Part shown: positions 37,725-46,633 of the stretch, piece after piece
Numbering within the stretch: position 1 is the first letter of the stretch
How the letters are laid out: the number at the start of each line of letters is the position of its first letter
Source of the DNA: Acidimicrobiaceae bacterium
Lineage (GTDB): Bacteria; Actinomycetota; Acidimicrobiia; Acidimicrobiales; Ilumatobacteraceae
DNA: 64,000 nucleotides
Direction of reading: 5' to 3'
Assembly: GCA_947467375.1 (NCBI GenBank)
Contig: CANIHL010000001.1
Coordinates: forward strand, 26,610 to 90,609
Notes under the pieces: model-generated
What the model saw: the letters and a program-made list of their open reading frames with translations, nothing else
What the model was told of the DNA's origin: nothing
Database searches by the model: none
Program-made: the position numbers and the translations under genes

Positions 37725-38602
37725 TATGCATTCTCCTCTTTAAGCAATGATTTTCCTTGGTGAGTACCGAGGTACGCCTCGATCACCGCTGGGTTTGATG
37801 AAATCTGTTCTGGTGTTCCCTCAGCGATGATGCGACCCTCAGCCATGACCACTACCCAGTCGGAAACATCGTGCACCATGTCCATGTCGTGTTCGACGAA
37901 CAGCACAGTCATGCCATCGTCCCGCAGTCCACGGATGTGTTCGTTCAAACTCTGTTTGAGCGCTGGGTTCACTCCGGCCATCGGTTCGTCAAGCATGACA
38001 AGTCGAGGGTTGGTCATGAGCGCTCTGGCCATTTCAAGTAGTTTCCGTTGACCGCCTGACAGCGTTCCCGCATATTGATCACGCATATGGTCAAGTTTGA
38101 ATCGCTTCAACAACTCATCAGCACGACGCTCGATAATCTCTTCCTGCTTGCGATAGCGGAATGGCAACAATCCGTTCCACCATTTTTCGCCTATTTGGTG
38201 TGTAGCGCCGAGTTTCATGTTTTCGATGACCGACAGCTTTGTGAGGCTCTTTGTTAGCTGAAACGTACGAACCATTCCAAGGCTTGCTGTTTTGTGAGCC
38301 ACAACCTTTTTGAGGTTTTTGCTGTCAAACATCCACTCACCAGTATCGGGTGTATCGAAACCCGTGAGCAGGTTGAACAACGTGGTTTTTCCTGCACCAT
38401 TTGGCCCAATGAGAGCGGTGATTGATCCGCGCTGAACTTCGAGGTGCTGCACATCGACAGCAGTTACGCCACCAAAATTTCTACGCACGTTTTCTGCAAG
38501 CAGAATCGGGTCAGGCTTAGCTACACCCGGCGAAGCATTTACTGACGCCAAAGCAGCGCGAGCGCGTTGCGCGAGTTCCGAATAATTCCGTTCAGCGTCC
38601 AT
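37724..38602 (-). CDS. livG: Branched-chain amino acid ABC transporter ATPase (LivG-type)
   Basis: 292 aa with GPNGAGKTTLFNLLTG, LSGGQRK and the LivG-specific C-terminal region. Confidence 0.85.
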   Translation of the reverse strand: MDAERNYSELAQRARAALASVNASPGVAKPDPILLAENVRRNFGGVTAVDVQHLEVQRGSITALIGPNGAGKTTLFNLLTGFDTPDTGEWMFDSKNLKKVVAHKTASLGMVRTFQLTKSLTKLSVIENMKLGATHQIGEKWWNGLLPFRYRKQEEIIERRADELLKRFKLDHMRDQYAGTLSGGQRKLLEMARALMTNPRLVMLDEPMAGVNPALKQSLNEHIRGLRDDGMTVLFVEHDMDMVHDVSDWVVVMAEGRIIAEGTPEQISSNPAVIEAYLGTHQGKSLLKEENA

Positions 38603-39596
38603 CTAATGCCATCTCTTCTTTGCTACCAAACACACCTTGTGGCCGAATTGTCATGAGCAGCATCAGTCCAAGTCCAATCAGCATGTAGTTCACTGGACCT
38701 ACCTGTGATTTTTGAATGATTCCAATTCCGAAGAGATTGAACGGTTTGTCTTTTGTTAACTCACGCAAGAAATTGTCACTAAACACATACAGACCCCAGA
38801 ACATCATCGGACCGATTACTGATCCACGCACCTTTGCAACACCACCAAGCACCAACGCTGTGAGCACATAGAAGGTCACGTCGCGGCTGTAGTTGTCTGG
38901 CTGCACGGACCCGCGATCAAGCGCGAAGATCATTCCAGAAAACATTCCCACTACTCCACCGATGATGAGCGATTGCATTTTGTAGCTGTACACGTTTTTG
39001 CCGAGACTTCGTACAGCATCTTCATCTTCGCGAATCGCTTTTACAACTCGCCCCCACGGACTCTTCATGAGCATGTAGACAAGGGATGAGAAAATAATTA
39101 CGAGAGACCAACCAACGATCATCGTCCACAGCGAATATCCGCTGTATTGAAATGGACGAATTCCATACTGAGCACCTGGATCGAATGGGCTCAGATTTCT
39201 AAAGGACGCACTAAAACTGTTTATTCCGTCGCTTCCACCAAAGTACTGCTTGAATCGCACTGAACGAACAACAAGTCGAACAATTTCAGCTGTTGCAATA
39301 GTCACGATGGCCAAATAGTCGGCGCGTAAACGAAGTGTTGGTATACCAACAAGAAGTCCGAGGATGACAACGAGTGCAAGCCCGATGAGAATTCCCCACC
39401 ACATGCCAACACCGAAATATTGCGACGTCATTCCAAGTCCATATGCGCCGCACGCCATAAATGCTGACTGACCGAAGTTCAACAGTCCCGTATAGCCAAA
39501 TTGAATGTTGAGACCAATAGCAGCCAACGCGAAGTAAGCAGCGTCGATACCGAAGAATGCGGCAATGGTGTTTTCAATAATCTTGATGATGTCCAT
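38592..39596 (-). CDS. livM: Branched-chain amino acid ABC transporter permease (LivM-type)
   Basis: Multi-TM with LNIQFGYTGLLNFGQSAF. Start set at ATG 39596 (MDIIK), 1 nt after the livH stop. Confidence 0.8.
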   Translation of the reverse strand: MDIIKIIENTIAAFFGIDAAYFALAAIGLNIQFGYTGLLNFGQSAFMACGAYGLGMTSQYFGVGMWWGILIGLALVVILGLLVGIPTLRLRADYLAIVTIATAEIVRLVVRSVRFKQYFGGSDGINSFSASFRNLSPFDPGAQYGIRPFQYSGYSLWTMIVGWSLVIIFSSLVYMLMKSPWGRVVKAIREDEDAVRSLGKNVYSYKMQSLIIGGVVGMFSGMIFALDRGSVQPDNYSRDVTFYVLTALVLGGVAKVRGSVIGPMMFWGLYVFSDNFLRELTKDKPFNLFGIGIIQKSQVGPVNYMLIGLGLMLLMTIRPQGVFGSKEEMALDGR

Positions 39597-39597
39597 A

Positions 39598-40947
39598 TCA
39601 GCCAACCCTCTGCTTGCGTCCGAGAATTCCCTGAGGGCGAACCACAAGCACGATGATCAAGATCAATAGAGCCGGTGCATTTTTAAGTTCTGCTGGAACC
39701 ACAAGTGAAGCGAGTTCAACAAGCAAACCAACAAGGAAGCCGCCGACAAGCGCACCATAAGCAGAGCCGAGCCCACCCAAAGTAATTCCAGCAAACATGA
39801 GGAAGATCAGTCCTGAACCCATTTCAAAGCCAACTTGCTCGTCCAATCCGCGGAACACACCACCCATTGCCGCAAGCGCACCACCAGCAAACCACACAAT
39901 GCGAATAATTTTTTGTGTATCGATTCCTGTGGAGGATGCAAGCGACGGGTTATCTGAAACAGCGCGAATGGCTTTACCCGTGCGCGAACGCTGCAAATAA
40001 CCTGCGACACCCATCAGCACGATAAACGAAATGATGGTGGTGCTGAGATCACGCATCGTGATGCTTACAGGACCAAAGTGTTTCGCAACCTGCAAACTGA
40101 AATCATCTAATGGACGGGTACGACCACCGAATTGGTAGAGATACATGTTGCGCAACATGATCGAAAGGCCAACCGAAACTACAAGTTGCGAGATGAGACC
40201 GATGCCTCGTTTGCGCAGTTTTGCAAAAATAACTCCGTTCATCGCAAGACCGAGTACTCCTCCTAATGCAATGACAATTGGAGCGGCAATCAGTAGCGGG
40301 ATGCCAAGAAGCACGTTGAACCAAAAAGCGATCAAACCACCGAAGGTCACCATTTCACCGTGGGCGAAATTGGTAAGTCCTGTTGTTCCAAAGATCAAGG
40401 ACAAGCCAACCGAGCAAATAGCAATGATGAGTCCTAGGCGAACACCATCTACCAGTCGCTGAGCGATACGGTCCATCAAACTTGCTCCGGACTCCCCAGA
40501 TGTACCGGCAAAGAACGTAACTCGTTTGGCGTTCGTCGTGAACGCATCCTTAACGATATTGACCACAGTCTTTGTGCCTTCGATGAGCGTTACCCCACTA
40601 GGCAGAGAAGCAACATCTAGCGTGACAACATAATCATCCTTGGCAGGCACAGGAATGGTGACGCTTCCCACACTGTCAGTTACACCTTCTCCGACCGCTA
40701 TGCCAGCCGGGTCGGTCACTGAAATTTTTACACCAACGACCGGCTTTTTCTCAGAGACTCCGTTGTTGTTCGTTTGATTTTGAACAGAGACAATGATGGA
40801 ATTGTCGGAGTCAGCAGCCTGCGCATTGCCAGGTGCGGAAAACATAAACATCGCTGCCAAGAGAACGGCGAAGGCCCGACCTACAGCAAAGACGCGGGAT
40901 TTTGAATTGTTGGTGTCGGTCACTTCATCCCCAAACTTTGCTTGCAT
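39598..40947 (-). CDS. livH: Branched-chain amino acid ABC transporter permease (LivH-type) with ~155-aa N-terminal extracytoplasmic extension
   Basis: The core starts near residue 157 (GLSLIFGTTGLTNFAHGEM). Residues 1-156 comprise a signal-like segment (AVLLAAMFMFSAPGNAQA) and a beta-rich domain. Confidence 0.8.
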   Translation of the reverse strand: MQAKFGDEVTDTNNSKSRVFAVGRAFAVLLAAMFMFSAPGNAQAADSDNSIIVSVQNQTNNNGVSEKKPVVGVKISVTDPAGIAVGEGVTDSVGSVTIPVPAKDDYVVTLDVASLPSGVTLIEGTKTVVNIVKDAFTTNAKRVTFFAGTSGESGASLMDRIAQRLVDGVRLGLIIAICSVGLSLIFGTTGLTNFAHGEMVTFGGLIAFWFNVLLGIPLLIAAPIVIALGGVLGLAMNGVIFAKLRKRGIGLISQLVVSVGLSIMLRNMYLYQFGGRTRPLDDFSLQVAKHFGPVSITMRDLSTTIISFIVLMGVAGYLQRSRTGKAIRAVSDNPSLASSTGIDTQKIIRIVWFAGGALAAMGGVFRGLDEQVGFEMGSGLIFLMFAGITLGGLGSAYGALVGGFLVGLLVELASLVVPAELKNAPALLILIIVLVVRPQGILGRKQRVG

Positions 40948-41859
40948 CTAGTCAAGCACAAGCAGGGTGCTGGCGGGAAGAAATACTGTAAAGGAGCACA
41001 GCCAAACAGCGATCGACAGCGCAACATGAACTGCCACAAGAGGTGCAGGCACACCCGCGAAGTACTGCACATAGCCAATGAAGCCTTGAGCGCACAGTGC
41101 GGCCAACAGGCGCAACAACAACGTTCCCTCATGTTCCCACCGTGGTGCGCTCTTTCTGGCCCGCATGGTCAAAACAAGAGATACCAGGACCAGCATCCAA
41201 ACGGCTGCGGAGTGCATCTGCGTTGCGTGTTTAACACTTATTCCCAGCCGAGTTGCCTGCTCAGAACCCGAATGTGGTCCAGCACCGGTTACTACCGTTC
41301 CCAAAAACATCACCGTTCCCGCAACGAATATGAGCACCCAGCGAAGTGGCATATCAACTGCTACATGAGATTCCTGGGGCGCAATCTGCAGTTCAACTCG
41401 CTTCACTAAAACGAAGGCCGAAGAAACCAAGACAATCGACACCAAGAAGTGCGCCATATTCGACCACGGATTCAAACCGGTCAGTACGACGTAAGCGCCG
41501 AGCACGACTTGAATAAGCACCCCAACGACCAATCCGGCTGCATTTGCCGTAATCCGCCTTGATCGAGGCCTTAACAGGATCGAGCTTGAAACAGCCAGGA
41601 TCACCGAAGCGGCCACAACGCCGGTAAATAGACGATTAATCTGCTCGATCGCAGCATGACCGGTTGAAATATCGACGAATTTGGTGCTGTTGCAATTTGG
41701 CCAATCAGAGCAACCCAATCCCGAGCCGGTTAGACGGACCAACGATCCAGTCACCACGATGGCATACAAGGATCCAAAGGCCACCCAGGCAACCAATCGG
41801 AATCTCTGCAACGAAATCTCTGGGCGACGCATCGTCGGCACGCTATCCCTTTTGCCCAC
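40948..41859 (-). CDS. ctaA: Heme A synthase (COX15/CtaA family)
   Basis: 303 aa, 8 TM, with RLTGSGLGCSDWPNC and conserved His-bearing helices. GTG start. Confidence 0.8.
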   Translation of the reverse strand: MGKRDSVPTMRRPEISLQRFRLVAWVAFGSLYAIVVTGSLVRLTGSGLGCSDWPNCNSTKFVDISTGHAAIEQINRLFTGVVAASVILAVSSSILLRPRSRRITANAAGLVVGVLIQVVLGAYVVLTGLNPWSNMAHFLVSIVLVSSAFVLVKRVELQIAPQESHVAVDMPLRWVLIFVAGTVMFLGTVVTGAGPHSGSEQATRLGISVKHATQMHSAAVWMLVLVSLVLTMRARKSAPRWEHEGTLLLRLLAALCAQGFIGYVQYFAGVPAPLVAVHVALSIAVWLCSFTVFLPASTLLVLD

Positions 41860-42045
41860 AACCCTGGGTTCGGACGAACTCCAAAGTTGGAATCCTCACA
41901 TTTTGTGGCTGAAACCCCACCAAAGCCACTATAAAACCACTATGAGCGTTGAGAGCAACATTTTTAGTGATTATTTCCTCAAGTTCCTCTGATTCTGGCC
42001 GATGCCTAATGCGGGTCTCACACCAGCAAATCAAGGGAGCAAGTT

Positions 42046-43356
42046 ATGAACTCAGGAATTATTCGCAAGGCAATCGTTGCAGTTGCAGTCTCACTCAGCA
42101 TCGCGACACTAGCTACGTCGATTTCAGCAACTTCAGTTGCTGCGCAATCCGTAAACGCTAAGTCAGCTTCGCTCCCACAATTGGGCGAATCTGGCCCTGA
42201 AGTTACTCGCATGCAACAGGCAATCGTTGCACGTGGATTCACCATCAAGGGTGGAATTGACGGTTCGTTTGGCCCTGCAACCCAAGTTGCATTGAAGTCG
42301 TTGCAAAAGGTTGCAGGTTTCGCTGCAACCGGAAATCTTGATGCCAAGACCGCAAAGTTTCTTGGTCTTGTTGATGTGGCTCCTTTGAGCAAGTCAAACT
42401 TCCCTACAGTCGGCGCATCTGGCGACGCAGTGTGGTCGTTACAGCAGGCACTCATCAACAATGGTGTTCAGGTGAAGGGTGGAGCCGACGGAAAATTCGG
42501 ATTGGCTACTTCGATCGCACTTGGAAAGTTTCAGTCATTGAAGGGTCTTGCAGTTACAAAAACTGTTGATGAGTCAACCGCAATTGCTCTCGGTCTTCTT
42601 GCAGCACCTGTTCAAAAAGCTTCAACGAAAAAGACGGTTGCTGCAGCATCAGCTCCAGTTGTTGCGGTCGCAACATCAACCATCACCATTGATTCACTTC
42701 CAGTGCGCGGTCAGAAGAGTGACAATGTTCGTGCATTGCAAAATGCATTGATCAACGCGGGAATCGAAGTCAAGGGTGGCGCTGACGGAGTATTCGGCGT
42801 AGCTACTTCGGTTTCAATCGGCAAGTTTCAATCAGCTACCGGTCTCAATGTTTCAACCGTGTTGGATGCTCCAACCGCAGCAGCACTTGGTCTTATTCCT
42901 TCACTCGCTGAGTTGGGATTGCCAACGCTGCAGGCTTTCCCCGTGCAGGGTCGCTGTGGTTTTACCGACACCTGGGGTGCTGCTCGTAGCGCAGGTCGCA
43001 GTCACGAAGGAACCGACATCATCGGTGCACGTGGCCTTGCGTTGTACGCAGCTATGGACGGCACAATTTCAAAAATGACAACCGGCGGAGCACTCGGCGG
43101 AACTTCACTTCGTTTAACTGCAGCCGATGGAACCTACTTCTACTACGCACACCTTGATGCATTTGCTGCAAATCTTGCCAACGGACAAGTTGTTCGTGCG
43201 GGCCAGATCGTCGGGTACCTCGGTTCAACCGGCGACACCAACACCCCACACCTGCACTTCGAAGTGCACCCAAAGGGTGGCGCTGCGGTGAACCCTTACC
43301 CAATCCTCAAAGCTGTTGATGCTTGCAACGTTACGGAATTGCTCCCGCAGCCGTAA
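42046..43356 (+). CDS. Secreted peptidoglycan hydrolase: 3x PG_binding_1 repeats + M23 metallopeptidase
   Basis: Signal peptide and three ~65-aa repeats (G.SG..V..LQ.AL...G..VKGGADG.FG.AT). The M23 domain has HEGTDI and HLHFEVH. SD AAGGGAG. Confidence 0.85.
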   Translation: MNSGIIRKAIVAVAVSLSIATLATSISATSVAAQSVNAKSASLPQLGESGPEVTRMQQAIVARGFTIKGGIDGSFGPATQVALKSLQKVAGFAATGNLDAKTAKFLGLVDVAPLSKSNFPTVGASGDAVWSLQQALINNGVQVKGGADGKFGLATSIALGKFQSLKGLAVTKTVDESTAIALGLLAAPVQKASTKKTVAAASAPVVAVATSTITIDSLPVRGQKSDNVRALQNALINAGIEVKGGADGVFGVATSVSIGKFQSATGLNVSTVLDAPTAAALGLIPSLAELGLPTLQAFPVQGRCGFTDTWGAARSAGRSHEGTDIIGARGLALYAAMDGTISKMTTGGALGGTSLRLTAADGTYFYYAHLDAFAANLANGQVVRAGQIVGYLGSTGDTNTPHLHFEVHPKGGAAVNPYPILKAVDACNVTELLPQP

Positions 43357-43374
43357 TTGTGCAGCCGAACAAAC

Positions 43375-43422
43375 GTTGGGAGAGTTGATGTTGATGTGAG
43401 AATCACCATCGGCTCTCCCAAC
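43375..43422. terminator. Hairpin between convergent M23 and phosphatase genes
   Basis: Perfect 10-bp inverted repeat GTTGGGAGAG (43375-43384) / CTCTCCCAAC (43413-43422). The loop has further internal pairing. No clear U-tract. Confidence 0.45.
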
Positions 43423-43428
43423 AGCTCT

Positions 43429-44109
43429 TTATCGCGTTCGATCATCGTGAGTCAGGTGCTCGACATCGCTTAACCGTTCAAGACTGAAGGCATAACCGTC
43501 ACCCAATTTTATGGACTTAATGGTGGTGATTGAAGCGTGATTAATGATGAATCGCTCCCACTCCCATGGTGTAGCAGTAAGTCCTAGTAGATGACAGATC
43601 AGCACACTGTTAGTGCCAGCATGTGCAAAGAACGCGAATCGCTCTCCCGGTGTATCAATGTGCCAAACAGGCAATTCCGTCTGTAAGCGGTGTACGCCAT
43701 TACGTTCTAGAAATTCGGTTGCTCCAGAGTGAATACGTTGGACGAAGTCCTTTACCGACTCCCCTCCTTCAAGACCGTTCCATCGGTCGTGAGAGGCATT
43801 CTTCACTTCGTCGCGATATGCCTTAATCGTCTGCTCGGCCGGTGCGCCATGCCACGAGGGTTCACGGATTTCTTCAAGGAAGGGTTCTATCTCTAGTTTG
43901 CGATTCTGACGATCCAACGTTGGCTGCGCTGTGAGATGTGTTCGCTGCAACGGCGACGCAAAAACATGATCAAACTTCTCATCCGCCAATCGTTGTCCAA
44001 GTAGCTCAGCCTGGCGATAGCCGCGCACAGTGAGAGGAGGATTAACGACACTCTTGCCTTCGCGCACCCACTCAGGTTCGGCGTGACGTATAAGAACAAG
44101 TTCCATCAC
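43429..44109 (-). CDS. Histidine phosphatase (phosphoglycerate-mutase-like) family protein
   Basis: 226 aa with N-terminal LIRHAEPEW and a second His in FFAHAGT. Confidence 0.8.
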   Translation of the reverse strand: MMELVLIRHAEPEWVREGKSVVNPPLTVRGYRQAELLGQRLADEKFDHVFASPLQRTHLTAQPTLDRQNRKLEIEPFLEEIREPSWHGAPAEQTIKAYRDEVKNASHDRWNGLEGGESVKDFVQRIHSGATEFLERNGVHRLQTELPVWHIDTPGERFAFFAHAGTNSVLICHLLGLTATPWEWERFIINHASITTIKSIKLGDGYAFSLERLSDVEHLTHDDRTR

Positions 44110-44115
44110 GTCAAT

Positions 44116-44838
44116 CTACTTGATGGCTATGCCGCACTCATTGAAACTTGCCGTCAATGTCGCTTCGTATACATCGTCATTAATTGTCGGATTGCTCCGC
44201 GCAATATTCATCATTCGTGTGCCCAAACACGACGCCTGATCTGGGGTTATTGCTAAACCCCGTTGCTCTGCGATGAAGTATGCATATGACTTAATCGCGG
44301 TCTCTTCGTTATCAAAACCGTAATTCAAGTCGGGCTGAGGATCGACTACAACCGATGTTGAACTGATTGATTGATCATCACCAGGCGTGGCATTGATGCC
44401 TTGCGAAATTTGAACTTTGCATTGTTCCGAAACGAAACTCCGAAGCGAATCGAGAGACTCGACGTTGTCATTTCTCGACAGATTTTGCAAAGCGTTCTGC
44501 ACGTTTTGATCAGTTTCGGCAACGGTGCCATCCCAATACACATTCTGCAATGCAACTGATAACTCTTCGTAAGACCGCATTGTTTGTTCTATGTCAGTCT
44601 TCACAGATGAAGGGGCGATGTCATTGATAATTGAAAGCGTCCCTGTCAGAACAGCAACTGTGCTTTGCAATTGACGAGGTGACGTTGTGGAAAAATTCTC
44701 TACTGCAACGCCAGTAGCAACGAGCGATGACTCCAATTCAGCAGCATGCGAACACAATGCCCGCGTCTCCTGGGTTTCACCACAGGCTGCTAACAGTAAG
44801 ACAATTGCACTTGCAGAGATATACGCTCGCCTACGCAT
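44116..44838 (-). CDS. Hypothetical lipoprotein
   Basis: Start set at the Met giving MRRRAYISASAIVLLLAACG (lipobox), 2 nt after the upstream stop. The track start at 44943 would overlap the ABC gene by 113 nt. Confidence 0.55.
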   Translation of the reverse strand: MRRRAYISASAIVLLLAACGETQETRALCSHAAELESSLVATGVAVENFSTTSPRQLQSTVAVLTGTLSIINDIAPSSVKTDIEQTMRSYEELSVALQNVYWDGTVAETDQNVQNALQNLSRNDNVESLDSLRSFVSEQCKVQISQGINATPGDDQSISSTSVVVDPQPDLNYGFDNEETAIKSYAYFIAEQRGLAITPDQASCLGTRMMNIARSNPTINDDVYEATLTASFNECGIAIK

Positions 44839-46633
44839 TGGTGCTGCCACTCGTCGAATTGAGCCATGCTTCATACAAGGCTGCGTACTTGCCGCGAGCA
44901 CCGAGTAGCACACCGTGCGAACCATCTTCAACAATTCTTCCATTTTCGAGCATCACCACTCTGTCGGCGCGTGATGCGGTGGACAATCTGTGCGCGATCG
45001 AAATTGTTGTTCGACCAAGCGCGAGCCGCTCTAGGGCCCTCGAGATTCGTACTTCAGTAAGCGAGTCAACCGACGATGTAGCTTCATCGAGCACAAGAAC
45101 ATCGGGTTTCACCATCGATGCTCGAACCAATGCAACTAGCTGTCGTTCACCCGCGGAAAGTGAGGATCCTCGCTGGCCAACATGAGTATCTAAGCCATTC
45201 GGAAGACTTTCCAACCAATCCGACAGTCCTAATTCGTCGAAGGCGGCATTCATGTCTTGTGGTGTTGCATGTGGCTCTGCGAAAGCGAGATTATATGCAA
45301 TGGTGTTGGCAAACAGAAAAGGTTCTTGTGGAACGACGATCAAGCGACGTCGTAATTCATCATTCGATACATCGGTGAGTGTGATTCCACCAATTTGAAC
45401 TCTTCCAATTGTTGGATCTGTCAAACGAGCGATCAGTCGCGCGATAGTTGTTTTGCCGGATCCTGAAGGTCCAACTAGCGCCACGTGTTGTCCGGCGGCA
45501 ATGTGCAGAGAAATGTCGTGCAGTACCGGAGTGTCATCGTCGTCTTCACCCAGACGCGCGCCATAAGCGAAACTCACTTCTTGTATATCAACAGACAACT
45601 TGCCCTGTGGCAATGGTCGAGGGTGTTCTGATTGAGGAGGTCCGATTGGAGTATCCAACACTCCCAACACGCGTCGCAAACCAGCAACTGCGCTTTGTAC
45701 CTGGTCGATGATCTCAGTGAACTCCGCGATGGGTTCTAGGAATCGATACGTAAGGAATACGAACCCAACAAGAGCGCCAGATGTCAAACCACCTGCTGGG
45801 CCGATGAGCAATCCTGTACCTACAACAGCCATCACCGTGAACACCGCAAACACTTCTCCACTCGGAAAGAGAAATGCACCGATTACACCAGCTCGAACGT
45901 TGCTCTTCCTGCGATTACGCATTGACAGTGCAACGGTGTCAATCATTGTTTGCTCTGCTCCGTAGGCTCGCAACGTTTCCGCACCTGCCATAAGTTCAGA
46001 CACAGTTCCTAAAAAGTCGGCATTGCGTTCTCGCGAAAGGTTATGCGCGCTCACCAGTCGCGACTGCACATAACGCAGCACGAAAATGAGGGGTGCACTG
46101 GTAACGAATGCAACTAGCGCCAATCTCCAGTCATAAGCGAGCATGACTGCGGCTACAGCAAACATCTGCGATCCATCGAGAAGCAACCCAAGTCCGCCCC
46201 ACGAGAAGAATTGTGTGAGCGTTTCAATATCACTGGTTACACGCGAAACTAATGCTCCACGCTTTTCATTATTGTGCTCTTCAAGACTGAGCCTGTGAAT
46301 GTGATCAAATAATTGCGATCGTAAAGAAAATAACCCGTGCTCGGCCCTAGTGCCGAGCCGTTTTGTTGCTTCCCGCAGGCAGAACGATGACAGCACCACG
46401 CACACAGAACCAACACCGCACAGTCGAATGATGTAGGACACATCCACTCGTCCAGGTTGCAATCCATGATCAATCGATTGCTGAATGAGAATCGGAATGA
46501 CTAAACGAGCTCCGGTTCCGAACAGCGCGAGCAAGAACGTCAGACCAATTCCGCTTTTTAGCGCGGGAGCAACAGTGACACCTCTTCCAATGATGCGCGC
46601 AGAAGGAAACCGCTGATCGGTGTCCATGCTCAT
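44831..46633 (-). CDS. ABC exporter, fused permease/ATPase (heterodimer partner 2)
   Basis: 600 aa with 6 TM, GPSGSGKTT, LSAGERQ and LVLDEATS. Confidence 0.85.
   Translation of the reverse strand: MSMDTDQRFPSARIIGRGVTVAPALKSGIGLTFLLALFGTGARLVIPILIQQSIDHGLQPGRVDVSYIIRLCGVGSVCVVLSSFCLREATKRLGTRAEHGLFSLRSQLFDHIHRLSLEEHNNEKRGALVSRVTSDIETLTQFFSWGGLGLLLDGSQMFAVAAVMLAYDWRLALVAFVTSAPLIFVLRYVQSRLVSAHNLSRERNADFLGTVSELMAGAETLRAYGAEQTMIDTVALSMRNRRKSNVRAGVIGAFLFPSGEVFAVFTVMAVVGTGLLIGPAGGLTSGALVGFVFLTYRFLEPIAEFTEIIDQVQSAVAGLRRVLGVLDTPIGPPQSEHPRPLPQGKLSVDIQEVSFAYGARLGEDDDDTPVLHDISLHIAAGQHVALVGPSGSGKTTIARLIARLTDPTIGRVQIGGITLTDVSNDELRRRLIVVPQEPFLFANTIAYNLAFAEPHATPQDMNAAFDELGLSDWLESLPNGLDTHVGQRGSSLSAGERQLVALVRASMVKPDVLVLDEATSSVDSLTEVRISRALERLALGRTTISIAHRLSTASRADRVVMLENGRIVEDGSHGVLLGARGKYAALYEAWLNSTSGSTNA

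Noticed and set aside
41860-42045. Largest intergenic gap (186 nt) upstream of the M23 cell-wall hydrolase, examined for a c-di-AMP (ydaO-type) riboswitch or sRNA
   Set aside because: I could not find the G-rich conserved cores or pseudoknot-forming segments of that riboswitch, and the region is AT-rich. The only structure seen is a direct repeat CCACTAT at 41926-41932 and 41937-41943 (11-bp phase) plus a weak CACA/TGTG hairpin. That is too little to call.
42018-42461. Long alternative-frame or antisense ORFs inside well-supported genes (e.g. 42018-42461, 35590-35988, 55623-56132, 58125-58577, 33106-33591)
   Set aside because: They lie fully within genes that have clear family motifs and have skewed Arg/Ser/Cys-rich composition. 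I interpret them as shadow ORFs of the real coding frame rather than genes.
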